Shown here: positions 32,512 through 40,593 of the stretch, in pieces
How the letters are laid out: each line of letters begins with the position of its first letter
Position numbering within the stretch: position 1 is the first letter of the stretch
Sequence record: KP869113
DNA length: 64,000 nt
DNA from: Escherichia coli O157 typing phage 15
Direction: 5' to 3' (one strand)
Position numbers and translations under genes: made by a program
Notes under the pieces: model-generated
What the model was told of the DNA's origin: nothing
What the model saw: the letters and a program-made list of their open reading frames with translations, nothing else
The model's database searches: none

Positions 32512-32536
32512 TGCCGAGTGAAGGAATCGAACCTTC
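32512..32536 (-). pseudogene. tRNA-like 3' fragment (T-arm plus acceptor 3' strand) with no identifiable 5' half
   Basis: Canonical T-arm GAAGGTTCGATTCCTTC followed by ACTCGGC, but no complementary acceptor strand, D-arm or anticodon arm upstream. Confidence 0.3.
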
Positions 32537-32740
32537 GCCTTTTCTTTACCGGAGAAATAGATTGTTTAAGTTTTGCTGTAAACGGTCTTCTGTAAATTTG
32601 TTGAGCCAGACCAAGTTTTAAATTTTTCAAAATTAAATTGGCTTGAAATTTTAAATAACTTGCTGTATTTGGTCTTCTGCTCCTTTAAAGAATACTCGTA
32701 AGAACCCTTTAAGGGAGGGGCTAAATAGCCCTCTCAAAAT

Positions 32741-32818
32741 TGGCGGTTACGAAGGGATTTGAACCCTCATCATCTCCCGTGACAGGGGAGTATTTTAACC
32801 AAATTAAACTACATAACC
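32741..32818 (-). tRNA. tRNA-Asp (anticodon GUC)
   Basis: Acceptor GGTTATG/CGTAACC, anticodon stem CTCCC/GGGAG loop CTGTCAC, T-arm GAGGGTTCAAATCCCTT, CCA. Confidence 0.7.
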
Positions 32819-32823
32819 TTTAT

Positions 32824-32911
32824 TGGTGTGCCGTGTAGGAGTCGAACCTACCGAGTCTCAATGACAAGGGATTTACAGTCCCCACCGCTACCATCTACGG
32901 GATAACGACAC
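32824..32911 (-). tRNA. tRNA-Tyr (anticodon GUA), long variable arm
   Basis: 88 nt; acceptor GTGTCGT/ACGGCAC, anticodon stem GGGGA/TCCCT loop CTGTAAA, T-arm GTAGGTTCGACTCCTAC, CCA. Confidence 0.7.
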
Positions 32912-32980
32912 ATTTAATTTCTATTCAGGCTAAGGACTTGTACCTTACAAATCGGTGAGCAATCGCTTCTCTCCTAAATT

Positions 32981-33057
32981 TGGCGGTTAGTCAGGGATTC
33001 GAACCCTGTGCCATTCGCTTAACAGGCGACCGCACATACCTTATGTGCTTCCTAACC
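32981..33057 (-). tRNA. tRNA-Asn (anticodon GUU)
   Basis: D-stem GCAC/GTGC, anticodon loop CTGTTAA, T-arm CAGGGTTCGAATCCCTG, CCA. Confidence 0.65.
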
Positions 33058-33141
33058 ATGTTTAGTATTACCAGACCGTATATTTCAATTTTTTCCGCTA
33101 AAAATTTAATAAATATTGCTGTAAACGGTCTTCTGTAAATT
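33058..33141 (-). repeat. Inter-tRNA spacer hairpin element (ACCAGACCGT ... ACGGTCTTCTG family)
   Basis: Stem arms AGACCGT/ACGGTCT around an AT-rich loop; minus strand also reads TTTACAGAAGACC (-35-like). Confidence 0.5.
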
Positions 33142-33218
33142 TGGAGGCGGGTGCAGGAGTCGAACCTGCCGATACCATGCTAATGAGACATGTGAGACGC
33201 CCTTTCTCTATACCCGCA
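33142..33218 (-). tRNA. tRNA with anticodon CAU (Met / initiator / Ile2 candidate), non-canonical features
   Basis: T-arm GCAGGTTCGACTCCTGC, anticodon stem CATGT/GCATG loop CTCATTA, CCA encoded; position 1-72 apparently unpaired. Confidence 0.5.
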
Positions 33219-33308
33219 ATTCTTAATGACCAGACCAAATATCTTCTTTGTCCGATTAACTTTCAGATGAGTAGATTAAGTTTGCTGTAATTGGTCTTCT
33301 GTCAAAAC
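33219..33308 (-). repeat. Inter-tRNA spacer hairpin element, second copy with compensatory changes
   Basis: Arms AGACCAA/TTGGTCT replace AGACCGT/ACGGTCT of the first copy, preserving pairing; minus strand reads TTGACAGAAGACC. Confidence 0.5.
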
Positions 33309-33386
33309 TGGCGTTCCAGAAGGGATTTGAACCCTCAAATATCCACTTTGAAAGAGTGGTGACTTTACCATTTTGTCTACTGGAAC
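33309..33386 (-). tRNA. tRNA-Glu (anticodon UUC)
   Basis: Acceptor GTTCCAG/CTGGAAC, anticodon stem CCACT/AGTGG loop CTTTCAA, T-arm GAGGGTTCAAATCCCTT, CCA. Confidence 0.7.
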
Positions 33387-33393
33387 ATTAATT

Positions 33394-33473
33394 TGGTCTC
33401 CGTTGAAGGATTTGAACCCTCGACCCCTTGCTCCCAAAGCAAGTGCTGCTAAACCAGACTGAGCTAAACGGAG
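33394..33473 (-). tRNA. tRNA-Pro (anticodon UGG)
   Basis: Acceptor CTCCGTT/AACGGAG, anticodon stem CTTGC/GCAAG loop TTTGGGA, T-arm GAGGGTTCAAATCCTTC, CCA. Confidence 0.7.
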
Positions 33474-33489
33474 ATAAACTTTTCAAACT

Positions 33490-33560
33490 TTATGTAACCA
33501 CTTTAACATTATTTTTTAGTGGTTGTCAAGAACTTTTTTAAAATATTTTTCAGCATCTTA
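33490..33560 (-). promoter_or_regulatory. Putative sigma70-like promoter for the tRNA array
   Basis: Minus strand reads TTGACA-17 nt-TTAAAG just upstream of the first tRNA; the -10 is weak. Confidence 0.3.
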
Positions 33561-33597
33561 GAAAAGCTCTCATTTCGTTTCTATGTAGAACATATTA

Positions 33598-33635
33598 AAG
33601 GGTATTAAACACATTGTCAATACCCTTTTTAAAAC
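33598..33635. terminator. Hairpin terminator downstream of the vWA gene
   Basis: AAGGGTATT-12 nt-AATACCCTT followed by T-rich tract. Confidence 0.5.
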
Positions 33636-33638
33636 TTT

Positions 33639-35054
33639 TTACCAGATATAACGGTCAATCATTACTGCTTTGAGCATTACACTGATTGGGTCAAACTTCT
33701 CACCACCAAGCAGAGCTTTTAAAGTGGCTGGAGAGAACCCTGATACCATTGCTACACCGTTATCCTTAACAGATACTTCGCAAGTACCATTACGGTTTGC
33801 TAAGTACCAGAATACCAGTTGTGGCATCTCATATCCAGCTTTTTTGTACTTACTCTGAATTGCTTCAAAGTTTGTACGACCGTTAGCTCCATCAACCTGA
33901 TTAAACTCCATATCGGAGAAGATGATAAGCTTACTTGGCATATCTTTCTGAGTCAAGTTGTTTCTTTTACCTGTTTCAAGAATGCGGTCAAAAGCTGCTT
34001 GTAAGTTAGTTGAGCCATATTCAACGTGTCGCATCACCTGACGATGACGGTTTCGTAAATCACCACTCAGTTCGATGAAGTGAGGGTTTGTTGAATAAAC
34101 CATCAACTCATTCTTAAAGCAACCTGTATTGCGTTCTGCTACATACAAGGCAAGTGATACACCAATATCCAGAGCAGTAATGGAGCCAAAATTCACCCAA
34201 GACATTGAACTTGATACATCAGACATACACAAGATGTTTTCACCTTCTGCCATCCAGTTTGGTAGTGCTTTCCACTGCTCATTAGCAACATCTGCATTAC
34301 CATACTTGACAGATTTAATCACATCGTATGGGTAAACAGCACCAGCGTTAATCTTAGTCTCACCTTTTGATAAGGACTCGATGTAAGCTTTGTAACGCTC
34401 TCCATCTTTACGGTTAAACAGTTTTTGGTAACGTGCAGCAGCAAGTGAAGGAATCTTACTGTAGTCAATCTTACCAAACTCATTAGCAGAGATTTTTTGC
34501 TCAACTGTATCAGATAGTGCAGACAACAGTGTGCGGTACTCTTTCTCACTCAAGTTGGCAAACTTGCAGAAACGTTTTACAAACTGCTTATGACGTGGTT
34601 TGACTCGTGGTAACCACTTAGCCGCCAAACCTGCTGTTGCAGGGTCTAGTAATGCTGCTTCTAAATGTTTGAAGGCATCTGTCTCGAAACGAGTACCTAC
34701 GAAGATTTTGAAGTCATCAAAACGACCAAGTTCTGCAATCTTATCCATAATGCGAAGAACCTGCGTAGACTCTAAAACTTTGTCTTCAATCGCTTGAAGT
34801 AAAACAGCTCTGAAGGCTTTACGCTCACCCATACCTTCTCGTACATCTCGCATATGCAGTAAAATACGAACTGCAACATCAACATCCTCACGCAAAGCTT
34901 TGTAGAACAGGTCTGGTAAGATTTCTACATTGCTACGGCTTGAACCAGCAGCTTTGTAAAAGTCTACAAGAGCAGACATTGATGAAGTATGGTTTACAGC
35001 ACCATTTTCAGTTCGACCTGCATGAAGGTGCGCATGTTTAAATAACTCGCTCAT
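33639..35054 (-). CDS. vWA-domain protein with MIDAS motif and about 270-aa helical N-terminal domain (possibly Ro60/TROVE-like)
   Basis: C-terminal half has DxSxS MIDAS motif (MSDVSSSM) followed by hydrophobic strand typical of vWA fold; N-terminal half is helix-rich; immediately upstream of the tRNA array on the same strand. Confidence 0.55.
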   Translation of the reverse strand: MSELFKHAHLHAGRTENGAVNHTSSMSALVDFYKAAGSSRSNVEILPDLFYKALREDVDVAVRILLHMRDVREGMGERKAFRAVLLQAIEDKVLESTQVLRIMDKIAELGRFDDFKIFVGTRFETDAFKHLEAALLDPATAGLAAKWLPRVKPRHKQFVKRFCKFANLSEKEYRTLLSALSDTVEQKISANEFGKIDYSKIPSLAAARYQKLFNRKDGERYKAYIESLSKGETKINAGAVYPYDVIKSVKYGNADVANEQWKALPNWMAEGENILCMSDVSSSMSWVNFGSITALDIGVSLALYVAERNTGCFKNELMVYSTNPHFIELSGDLRNRHRQVMRHVEYGSTNLQAAFDRILETGKRNNLTQKDMPSKLIIFSDMEFNQVDGANGRTNFEAIQSKYKKAGYEMPQLVFWYLANRNGTCEVSVKDNGVAMVSGFSPATLKALLGGEKFDPISVMLKAVMIDRYIW

Positions 35055-35135
35055 ATTTTACTCTCTTCTCTCATTTGTTGTTTGATGTGACAGACTTTAG
35101 AGCAACTTTATAGAGTCTGTCAACATCTTTTAAAA

Positions 35136-35507
35136 TTATTTTTTAAGGGTTGCAACAGCAGAGAACGTTGGTTTGTTATCTGTCTGAGACTGACCACCGT
35201 TATCAGGAGTCTTCTTAGTGTCTGCTGCAATTGCTTTCATCTCACCTGCTGAGTGGGTCATGATAGTTTTACCGACTTCAATCATGCTCTTGATGGTTAC
35301 ATCGTCTGTGTTTAACCCGAACTCTGCAAGCTTAGCAGCGTCCCTTGTAACAATCGCCTCAAACAACTTTGCAGCAAACTCAGCAGAATTATCAATGGTC
35401 AGTTGAGCTTTTACAAGTGAGCTTTTGTTACGAGAGCCTTTTGGTCTTCCAGATGGGTTTCCAGACTGGCCTTTTTTAAACTGGCCTTTGTTTGTTCTGT
35501 TTTTCAT
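35136..35507 (-). CDS. Hypothetical basic protein (123 aa)
   Basis: ORF with KGQSGNPSGRPKG motif common in small phage proteins. Confidence 0.4.
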   Translation of the reverse strand: MKNRTNKGQFKKGQSGNPSGRPKGSRNKSSLVKAQLTIDNSAEFAAKLFEAIVTRDAAKLAEFGLNTDDVTIKSMIEVGKTIMTHSAGEMKAIAADTKKTPDNGGQSQTDNKPTFSAVATLKK

Positions 35508-35756
35508 TGGTATGCCTCTTATAAGACCTCTTAAAAGGCTTTTAAGATAAAAGATAGATATCCAGAAAGATATCTGTTTAAATAGCCTTTTTAGAGGAAC
35601 CTTTTAAGTTATCTTCTAAGTATTTATAAGCCTACACCTTGTCAAGTACTTTGTCAACAACTTTTTTAACTTGCAATAGTTCTTGACTTGTTGTATGGAT
35701 TACTGTACCATCTTACTTAAAGCTGTAGGTCTGCCTTGTTCTACAAAGGAGACTTA
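35508..35756. promoter_or_regulatory. Divergent intergenic control region
   Basis: Several TTGACA/TTGACT-like hexamers and palindrome AGATATC..GATATCT between divergently oriented gene blocks. Confidence 0.35.
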
Positions 35757-35918
35757 ATGAGAAAATCAAATAAACCGAAGAAAGGTAAGAATACCAATCA
35801 CTGTAAGGAATCCAAAAGGGTAGAGTTAATCTACTATTCATCCTCTGAAATTGGTCTGTACCTGTTCTTTCAAAATTACAGAAGACAAGAGGATTATCTA
35901 TGTGTAGTTCCCAATTAG
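35757..35918 (+). CDS. Small hypothetical protein (about 53 aa)
   Basis: ATG at 35757 preceded by AAGGAGA; track ORF 35736..35918 trimmed to the RBS-supported start. Confidence 0.35.
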   Translation: MRKSNKPKKGKNTNHCKESKRVELIYYSSSEIGLYLFFQNYRRQEDYLCVVPN

Positions 35919-36133
35919 AAATCGCAGATATTATAGATTTATATCAAACTGCAAAGAGTCATGGCTATATAACCTCAATTGGAAAGAATAGTCACTATGA
36001 TGCTTTGACTGGAATGTATTTCAGGGCAATGGCTCAATCTAGTGAACAACACTTAATGGTTTCTTCCAGTGAGTTTACTTCGTTTCTCTATTGCAGCAAA
36101 ATTATAAATCGCAGGAGAACTGAAAAATGCTAA
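35900..36133 (+). CDS. Hypothetical protein (77 aa)
   Basis: Track ORF in co-directional gene array. Confidence 0.35.
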   Translation: MCSSQLEIADIIDLYQTAKSHGYITSIGKNSHYDALTGMYFRAMAQSSEQHLMVSSSEFTSFLYCSKIINRRRTEKC

Positions 36134-36717
36134 CAGTAAGTTTTAATTACAATAGTGATGGCTCTGTATCAATTAATTCACCATATGCAAATGACCTACT
36201 TAAAGAGCTAGTCAATCAGTGTGATAGAGGTCTTCACTATGTTCAAAATTCTTTTAAACAGAAGACTATTGCTAATAACTTGATGCGTGTAACAGTAACG
36301 GCATCGAATCCAAATTATGACTTTGATAGTGAAAGTCCGTACTCATTAGTTGCGCTTGGAGAGAGCAGCCAATTCAAACTTGTTTGCCACGACTCAGAAA
36401 CATTCCTTAAGGTCTTTTCCAACCTTATCCATAATAATAAGTACAGCTACGTTGATGGTAGTGTAAATTTCTATCCAGCAAACTATACATGTTTGTTGGT
36501 TGATAATATGAGAAAAAGTAAGCAAGAGCCTACGGAAATTTCATTTGATGTGAACTCTAGTCCAGACGCAGAAACAAGTAAGAACTTTGATATGAGTTAC
36601 GCATTGTCACTTAGTAAGAAATCCGAGTTCATTGATTATGTCAATGGATTTGGTTTTAAGTTTGATGAGAGTATGAATCTTAAAAAACTTAAGAACCTAC
36701 TTAAGACCAAAGCTTAA
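36127..36717 (+). CDS. Hypothetical protein (196 aa)
   Basis: Track ORF, no recognised motif. Confidence 0.4.
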   Translation: MLTVSFNYNSDGSVSINSPYANDLLKELVNQCDRGLHYVQNSFKQKTIANNLMRVTVTASNPNYDFDSESPYSLVALGESSQFKLVCHDSETFLKVFSNLIHNNKYSYVDGSVNFYPANYTCLLVDNMRKSKQEPTEISFDVNSSPDAETSKNFDMSYALSLSKKSEFIDYVNGFGFKFDESMNLKKLKNLLKTKA

Positions 36718-36764
36718 GTGTGAATAGGGGCTGATGCCCCTTTAACTATTTATAAGGATATTTA

Positions 36765-37136
36765 ATGAAAGCTAAGAGTGCAAAAGACTTTTATTGCTTC
36801 CTACAATCCTATATCAATTCCGTGCAAAATGGTGAAAGGTACAACCTTAATGATGTTATCCCAACACCTTTGACATGGAGACTCAGTAAATGGCCTGAAG
36901 AAGATATTACACCAACAATCGAACAATGCACCTACAAACCCGAAATCAATATTCCAGACTCTGAGAATCTATTATATCCAATGTTCCATATTGTTGGTCT
37001 TGGAAGATTCCTTATGGATATCCAGTATATAATTGGTAAAGGTTATAAGGTTAAAGGTATTGTTGTTGGTGATGTATCTCCGAATCACAAAGGTTATTTT
37101 AGGCTAAACGCACATTTAGAGGCTGAAAAGAAATGA
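36765..37136 (+). CDS. Hypothetical protein (123 aa), paralog of N-terminal domain of next gene
   Basis: Shares the pattern W-PEEDI / YKPE / LLY / FxMDxQY with the first about 125 residues of the 37133..38014 protein. Confidence 0.5.
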   Translation: MKAKSAKDFYCFLQSYINSVQNGERYNLNDVIPTPLTWRLSKWPEEDITPTIEQCTYKPEINIPDSENLLYPMFHIVGLGRFLMDIQYIIGKGYKVKGIVVGDVSPNHKGYFRLNAHLEAEKK

Positions 37137-38014
37137 TTAAAGCAAAGACTTACCCAGACTTCAAAGAGTTTGTGAAGGGCTTCATTGCAAACGTAAAGGC
37201 TGGTAAGAGGTATGATTTTAGAACATATCAAGAGGCTATTTTACCACTTACCTATAGCTCGTATTGGCCTGAAGCTGATATTGCAGAAGTTGAGAAGTTT
37301 GACTATAAACCAGACTATAAAGTCCCATTTAGTGATGAGTTGCTTTACAGTGTTGGTGCTCAAATGAGAACTTCTGACTTCTTCATGGACTTACAATATG
37401 CAATTATCAATGGTAAAGACGTTGATACAGTTTATTGTGAATGGCTGGCAAGAGTTAAACCATTCTCAATGTTGAATGCTAAGTTGAAGGACGCTATCAA
37501 GCCACCATCAATCACTCAGCAACCAACCAATCAAACAGTAAATGAAGGTGGTACACTTACCCTAAGCGTTATTGCAACTAATGCCACTGGATATCAATGG
37601 AAAAAGGATGGTGAGGATATCACTAGCGCCACATCTGCAACCTACACAAAACAGTCTGTAGAACCTTCTGATGCAGGTTCATACACTTGCGTTGTAACAG
37701 GTGCAGGTGGTTCTGTCACTTCTAGCCCTGCAACGGTTACTGTTAACGCACTTCCGGTAATCACTCAACAGCCAACCAATCAAGAAATCAATGAAGGTGA
37801 GACCTTAACGCTGAATGTTGTGGCAACAGGTGCGACAGGTTACCAGTGGAAGAAAGGTGAGGAAGACATCCTTGATGCAACTACTGCAACTTACACCAAA
37901 GAAGGTGCGACCGCTGCTGATGCAGGAAGCTACACCTGTGTAGTTACTGGTGCAGGTGGCTCTGTAACATCCAATGCAGCAACAGTTACAGTTAACCCAG
38001 CAGGGGAGGCGTAA
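37133..38014 (+). CDS. Protein with paralogous N-domain plus two tandem Ig-like repeats
   Basis: Two about 80-aa repeats ITQQPTNQ..NEG.TLTL.V.ATGATGYQWKK.....ATYTK....DAGSYTCVVTGAGGSVTS..ATVTVN; stop overlaps endolysin start. Confidence 0.55.
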   Translation: MIKAKTYPDFKEFVKGFIANVKAGKRYDFRTYQEAILPLTYSSYWPEADIAEVEKFDYKPDYKVPFSDELLYSVGAQMRTSDFFMDLQYAIINGKDVDTVYCEWLARVKPFSMLNAKLKDAIKPPSITQQPTNQTVNEGGTLTLSVIATNATGYQWKKDGEDITSATSATYTKQSVEPSDAGSYTCVVTGAGGSVTSSPATVTVNALPVITQQPTNQEINEGETLTLNVVATGATGYQWKKGEEDILDATTATYTKEGATAADAGSYTCVVTGAGGSVTSNAATVTVNPAGEA

Positions 38015-38478
38015 TGCAACTCTCAAGAAAAGGTTTAGATGCTATTAAGTTCTTCGAAGGTCTGGAGTTAGAGGCTTACGAAGATTCTGCCGGAATCCCA
38101 ACAATCGGGTATGGGACAATCCGTATTGACGGAAAACCTGTTAAGATGGGTATGAAAATTACTGCTGAACAAGCTGAACAGTATCTTCTCGCGGATGTTG
38201 AGAAGTTTGTTGCAGCAGTGAACAAAGCTATCAAGGTTCCAACTACTCAGAATGAGTTCGATGCACTTGTAAGTGAAACATACAACATCGGTATCACAGC
38301 TATGCAGGATTCCACATTTATCAAGCGCCACAATGCTGGTAATAAGGTAGGTTGTGCAGAAGCTATGCAGTGGTGGAACAAGGTTACAGTCAAAGGTAAG
38401 AAGGTCACTTCAAACGGTCTGAAAAACAGACGTAGAATGGAAGCTGACATTTATCTTGACAGTGTATACCCAAAGTAA
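38014..38478 (+). CDS. Endolysin, GH24 phage lysozyme family
   Basis: N-terminal catalytic motif FEGLELEAYEDSAGIPTIGYGT characteristic of T4/lambda-type lysozymes; 154 aa; followed by terminator. Confidence 0.8.
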   Translation: MQLSRKGLDAIKFFEGLELEAYEDSAGIPTIGYGTIRIDGKPVKMGMKITAEQAEQYLLADVEKFVAAVNKAIKVPTTQNEFDALVSETYNIGITAMQDSTFIKRHNAGNKVGCAEAMQWWNKVTVKGKKVTSNGLKNRRRMEADIYLDSVYPK

Positions 38479-38487
38479 TATCTTCAT

Positions 38488-38515
38488 AGGCTCCTTCGGG
38501 AGCCTTTTTTATTTT
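38488..38515 (+). terminator. Rho-independent terminator after endolysin
   Basis: AGGCTCC-TTCG-GGAGCCT followed by TTTTTTATTTT. Confidence 0.7.
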
Positions 38516-38529
38516 CTAAGGAGAAAGCT

Positions 38530-38928
38530 ATGAAACTTTGGGCTAGTGACTTTGGAACTTTTAAGTACACTCGTAATGGCTCGCTTGTACGCATTGTCGG
38601 GAACAATGTGGTTTCAAGAGGTGACAAGGTATATACACGGTTTACTGTAGAGCTTGTTGAGCTGTCACCTATTGAGTCTGTGAACAATGGCCTGTTCAAG
38701 TTTGAGACTTACAATGTCAACGAACATGGACAATTCAACCCTCTTGGTGAAAGTGGACTTGATATTATTTCAGAGCACCCATTGACAAAAGAGCAACTCG
38801 CAAGTTATTATAAAACTGTTCTGGAAAGGCAGTTAGCAACACATGAACAAGAAGCTAACTATCATTTACAACATTGCGAAGCTTTAAGAGCAAAAATAGA
38901 ACAAGCAGAGAGAGGTTTTTATGAATAA
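38530..38928 (+). CDS. Hypothetical protein (132 aa)
   Basis: ATG preceded by AAGGAGAAAG. Confidence 0.45.
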   Translation: MKLWASDFGTFKYTRNGSLVRIVGNNVVSRGDKVYTRFTVELVELSPIESVNNGLFKFETYNVNEHGQFNPLGESGLDIISEHPLTKEQLASYYKTVLERQLATHEQEANYHLQHCEALRAKIEQAERGFYE

Positions 38929-39310
38929 AGAGATTCAAGTAAAAGTTGACACCTTTGGCCATGATGGTCGAGAAGATGCTGGACTTGCTGACGCAGTGAT
39001 TTTTGAGTGTAATGGAAATATTAGTCTTCGCTTTACAGGCTCAGGTAGCACCCTTCGCAGAATGCGAGATGATGCAGATGGTTGCCCTGTATTTGGCTGG
39101 TATGACATGGAGTTTCCTCTTTACGCCATCCATTATCCAGATGGTGGAGAAGACTGGACAACTCAATCAATCCGCGATGAGCTTAATGGCATTCCAGTTG
39201 AGCAAGAAGAGCAAGAGCCTGTTGAACTCACATTCACTTTTATCAAAGAAGAGAAAGTTGGTGATTTGTCTGTAACTGAAGCAATTCAAGTCTCACAGGT
39301 TATTCGTTAA
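38921..39310 (+). CDS. Hypothetical protein (129 aa)
   Basis: Track ORF, coupled. Confidence 0.4.
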   Translation: MNKEIQVKVDTFGHDGREDAGLADAVIFECNGNISLRFTGSGSTLRRMRDDADGCPVFGWYDMEFPLYAIHYPDGGEDWTTQSIRDELNGIPVEQEEQEPVELTFTFIKEEKVGDLSVTEAIQVSQVIR

Positions 39311-39603
39311 TGAGTAAAGTACAGGTTGTTTTCCCTATTTGTGACTTCTCACTAGAGCGTGAACTTGACCTGTACGAAGAAATTACTGACGAAATTATCT
39401 GGTCTGTTGTAGAAGAGGCTATCAAGAAGCTGTATGGTGGCCTCTTAAATCCATCAAGTAAGAAGTTAAGCACTAAGCAAGTAGCTGACCCATATGTTTC
39501 ATACGATGCCTACAACAAGCCTTTTGAAAATACCTGCTTTGACCTTATGGTAGGTAATAACAAAGTCAACTATTTCTTCGTCAGAGAGTTTAACGATGAG
39601 TAA
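39310..39603 (+). CDS. Hypothetical protein (97 aa)
   Basis: Track ORF, coupled. Confidence 0.4.
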   Translation: MSKVQVVFPICDFSLERELDLYEEITDEIIWSVVEEAIKKLYGGLLNPSSKKLSTKQVADPYVSYDAYNKPFENTCFDLMVGNNKVNYFFVREFNDE

Positions 39604-39940
39604 GCTCCATGTCACAGTTTACAAAAACTTCTCAGATATCAAAGAGTCTTTAACAAATAAGCTTGACTTACAACGTAAAAGACTCTTTTTAATGTATGAC
39701 ATAGACAACTACAACCATCCTAAAGAGTTTAACTACAAAGATGGTACAAAGGTTGTTGAGTTTGAAGATTCTGTGACGGTGTATGTCAAGCATGACTTAC
39801 CAGCAAAGTATATAGGGATGTTAGAGTACTACATATTCAAACATACTGGTATGCGTGGTGAATCTGTTAAGATATCTTCTATAGAAGTTTTTGAGAAACC
39901 TAACACACAACTTAAAAAGTATTTAATGAGGAAACTGTAA
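39596..39940 (+). CDS. Hypothetical protein (114 aa)
   Basis: Track ORF, coupled. Confidence 0.4.
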   Translation: MSKLHVTVYKNFSDIKESLTNKLDLQRKRLFLMYDIDNYNHPKEFNYKDGTKVVEFEDSVTVYVKHDLPAKYIGMLEYYIFKHTGMRGESVKISSIEVFEKPNTQLKKYLMRKL

Positions 39941-40521
39941 TGTCAGAAGAACATGAGCATATCCAACCAGAAGTTACATTAGTAAAACATTTCGGAAATG
40001 TAGAAGGCTGTGTAGCACTTTTTCAGACTAACATCAATTCTCCAGTCAAACTGTGCAAATTGACGATAAACACTAACAACATCAGTGTATGCGTGAATGA
40101 AGAAGTACAATACTTCAAATTCAATGATAAAGAGGTTGATGCTGCACTACTGAAATACAGAGCAAATCTTGAAAAAGATATTGACCATAAAGAGGTTGTG
40201 AGTCTCTTTGCAGACCTACATAAGCTTCTTGATAAGGTTGAAAAAAGAACATACTACATGAATAATGGCTCTATCATTACCACTATGATTTCACCATGTA
40301 TCTCTGAGCCAATCTTCACAGATGATGGTGCTTATTATATTGTAGCTTCGGCAGTGTCTGATTGGTGGTTAAAAAATAACGCCCTGAAAACAGTGATTGA
40401 TGCTATCAGAGAACACATCCCTACATTTAGTCCGTGGAAGGGTAAAGGTGATGAATTTATCGCACTGTTGAGTGAAGAGAGTAACAAGCGCAGTGCATTA
40501 CTGCCTAAAAAATACTCTTGA
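39940..40521 (+). CDS. Hypothetical protein (193 aa)
   Basis: Track ORF. Confidence 0.4.
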   Translation: MSEEHEHIQPEVTLVKHFGNVEGCVALFQTNINSPVKLCKLTINTNNISVCVNEEVQYFKFNDKEVDAALLKYRANLEKDIDHKEVVSLFADLHKLLDKVEKRTYYMNNGSIITTMISPCISEPIFTDDGAYYIVASAVSDWWLKNNALKTVIDAIREHIPTFSPWKGKGDEFIALLSEESNKRSALLPKKYS

Positions 40522-40593
40522 CCGAGTATACAATATTGATTATGATGGGAGCTATCGAGAGGTAGTTCCCTTTTTAGTTTCTGGAGAATAGAT

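Noticed and set aside
32364-32621. Plus-strand ORF (85 aa) inside the tRNA array
   Set aside because: Overlaps the inverted-repeat element and the tRNA-like fragment on the opposite strand; low-complexity translation; no RBS.
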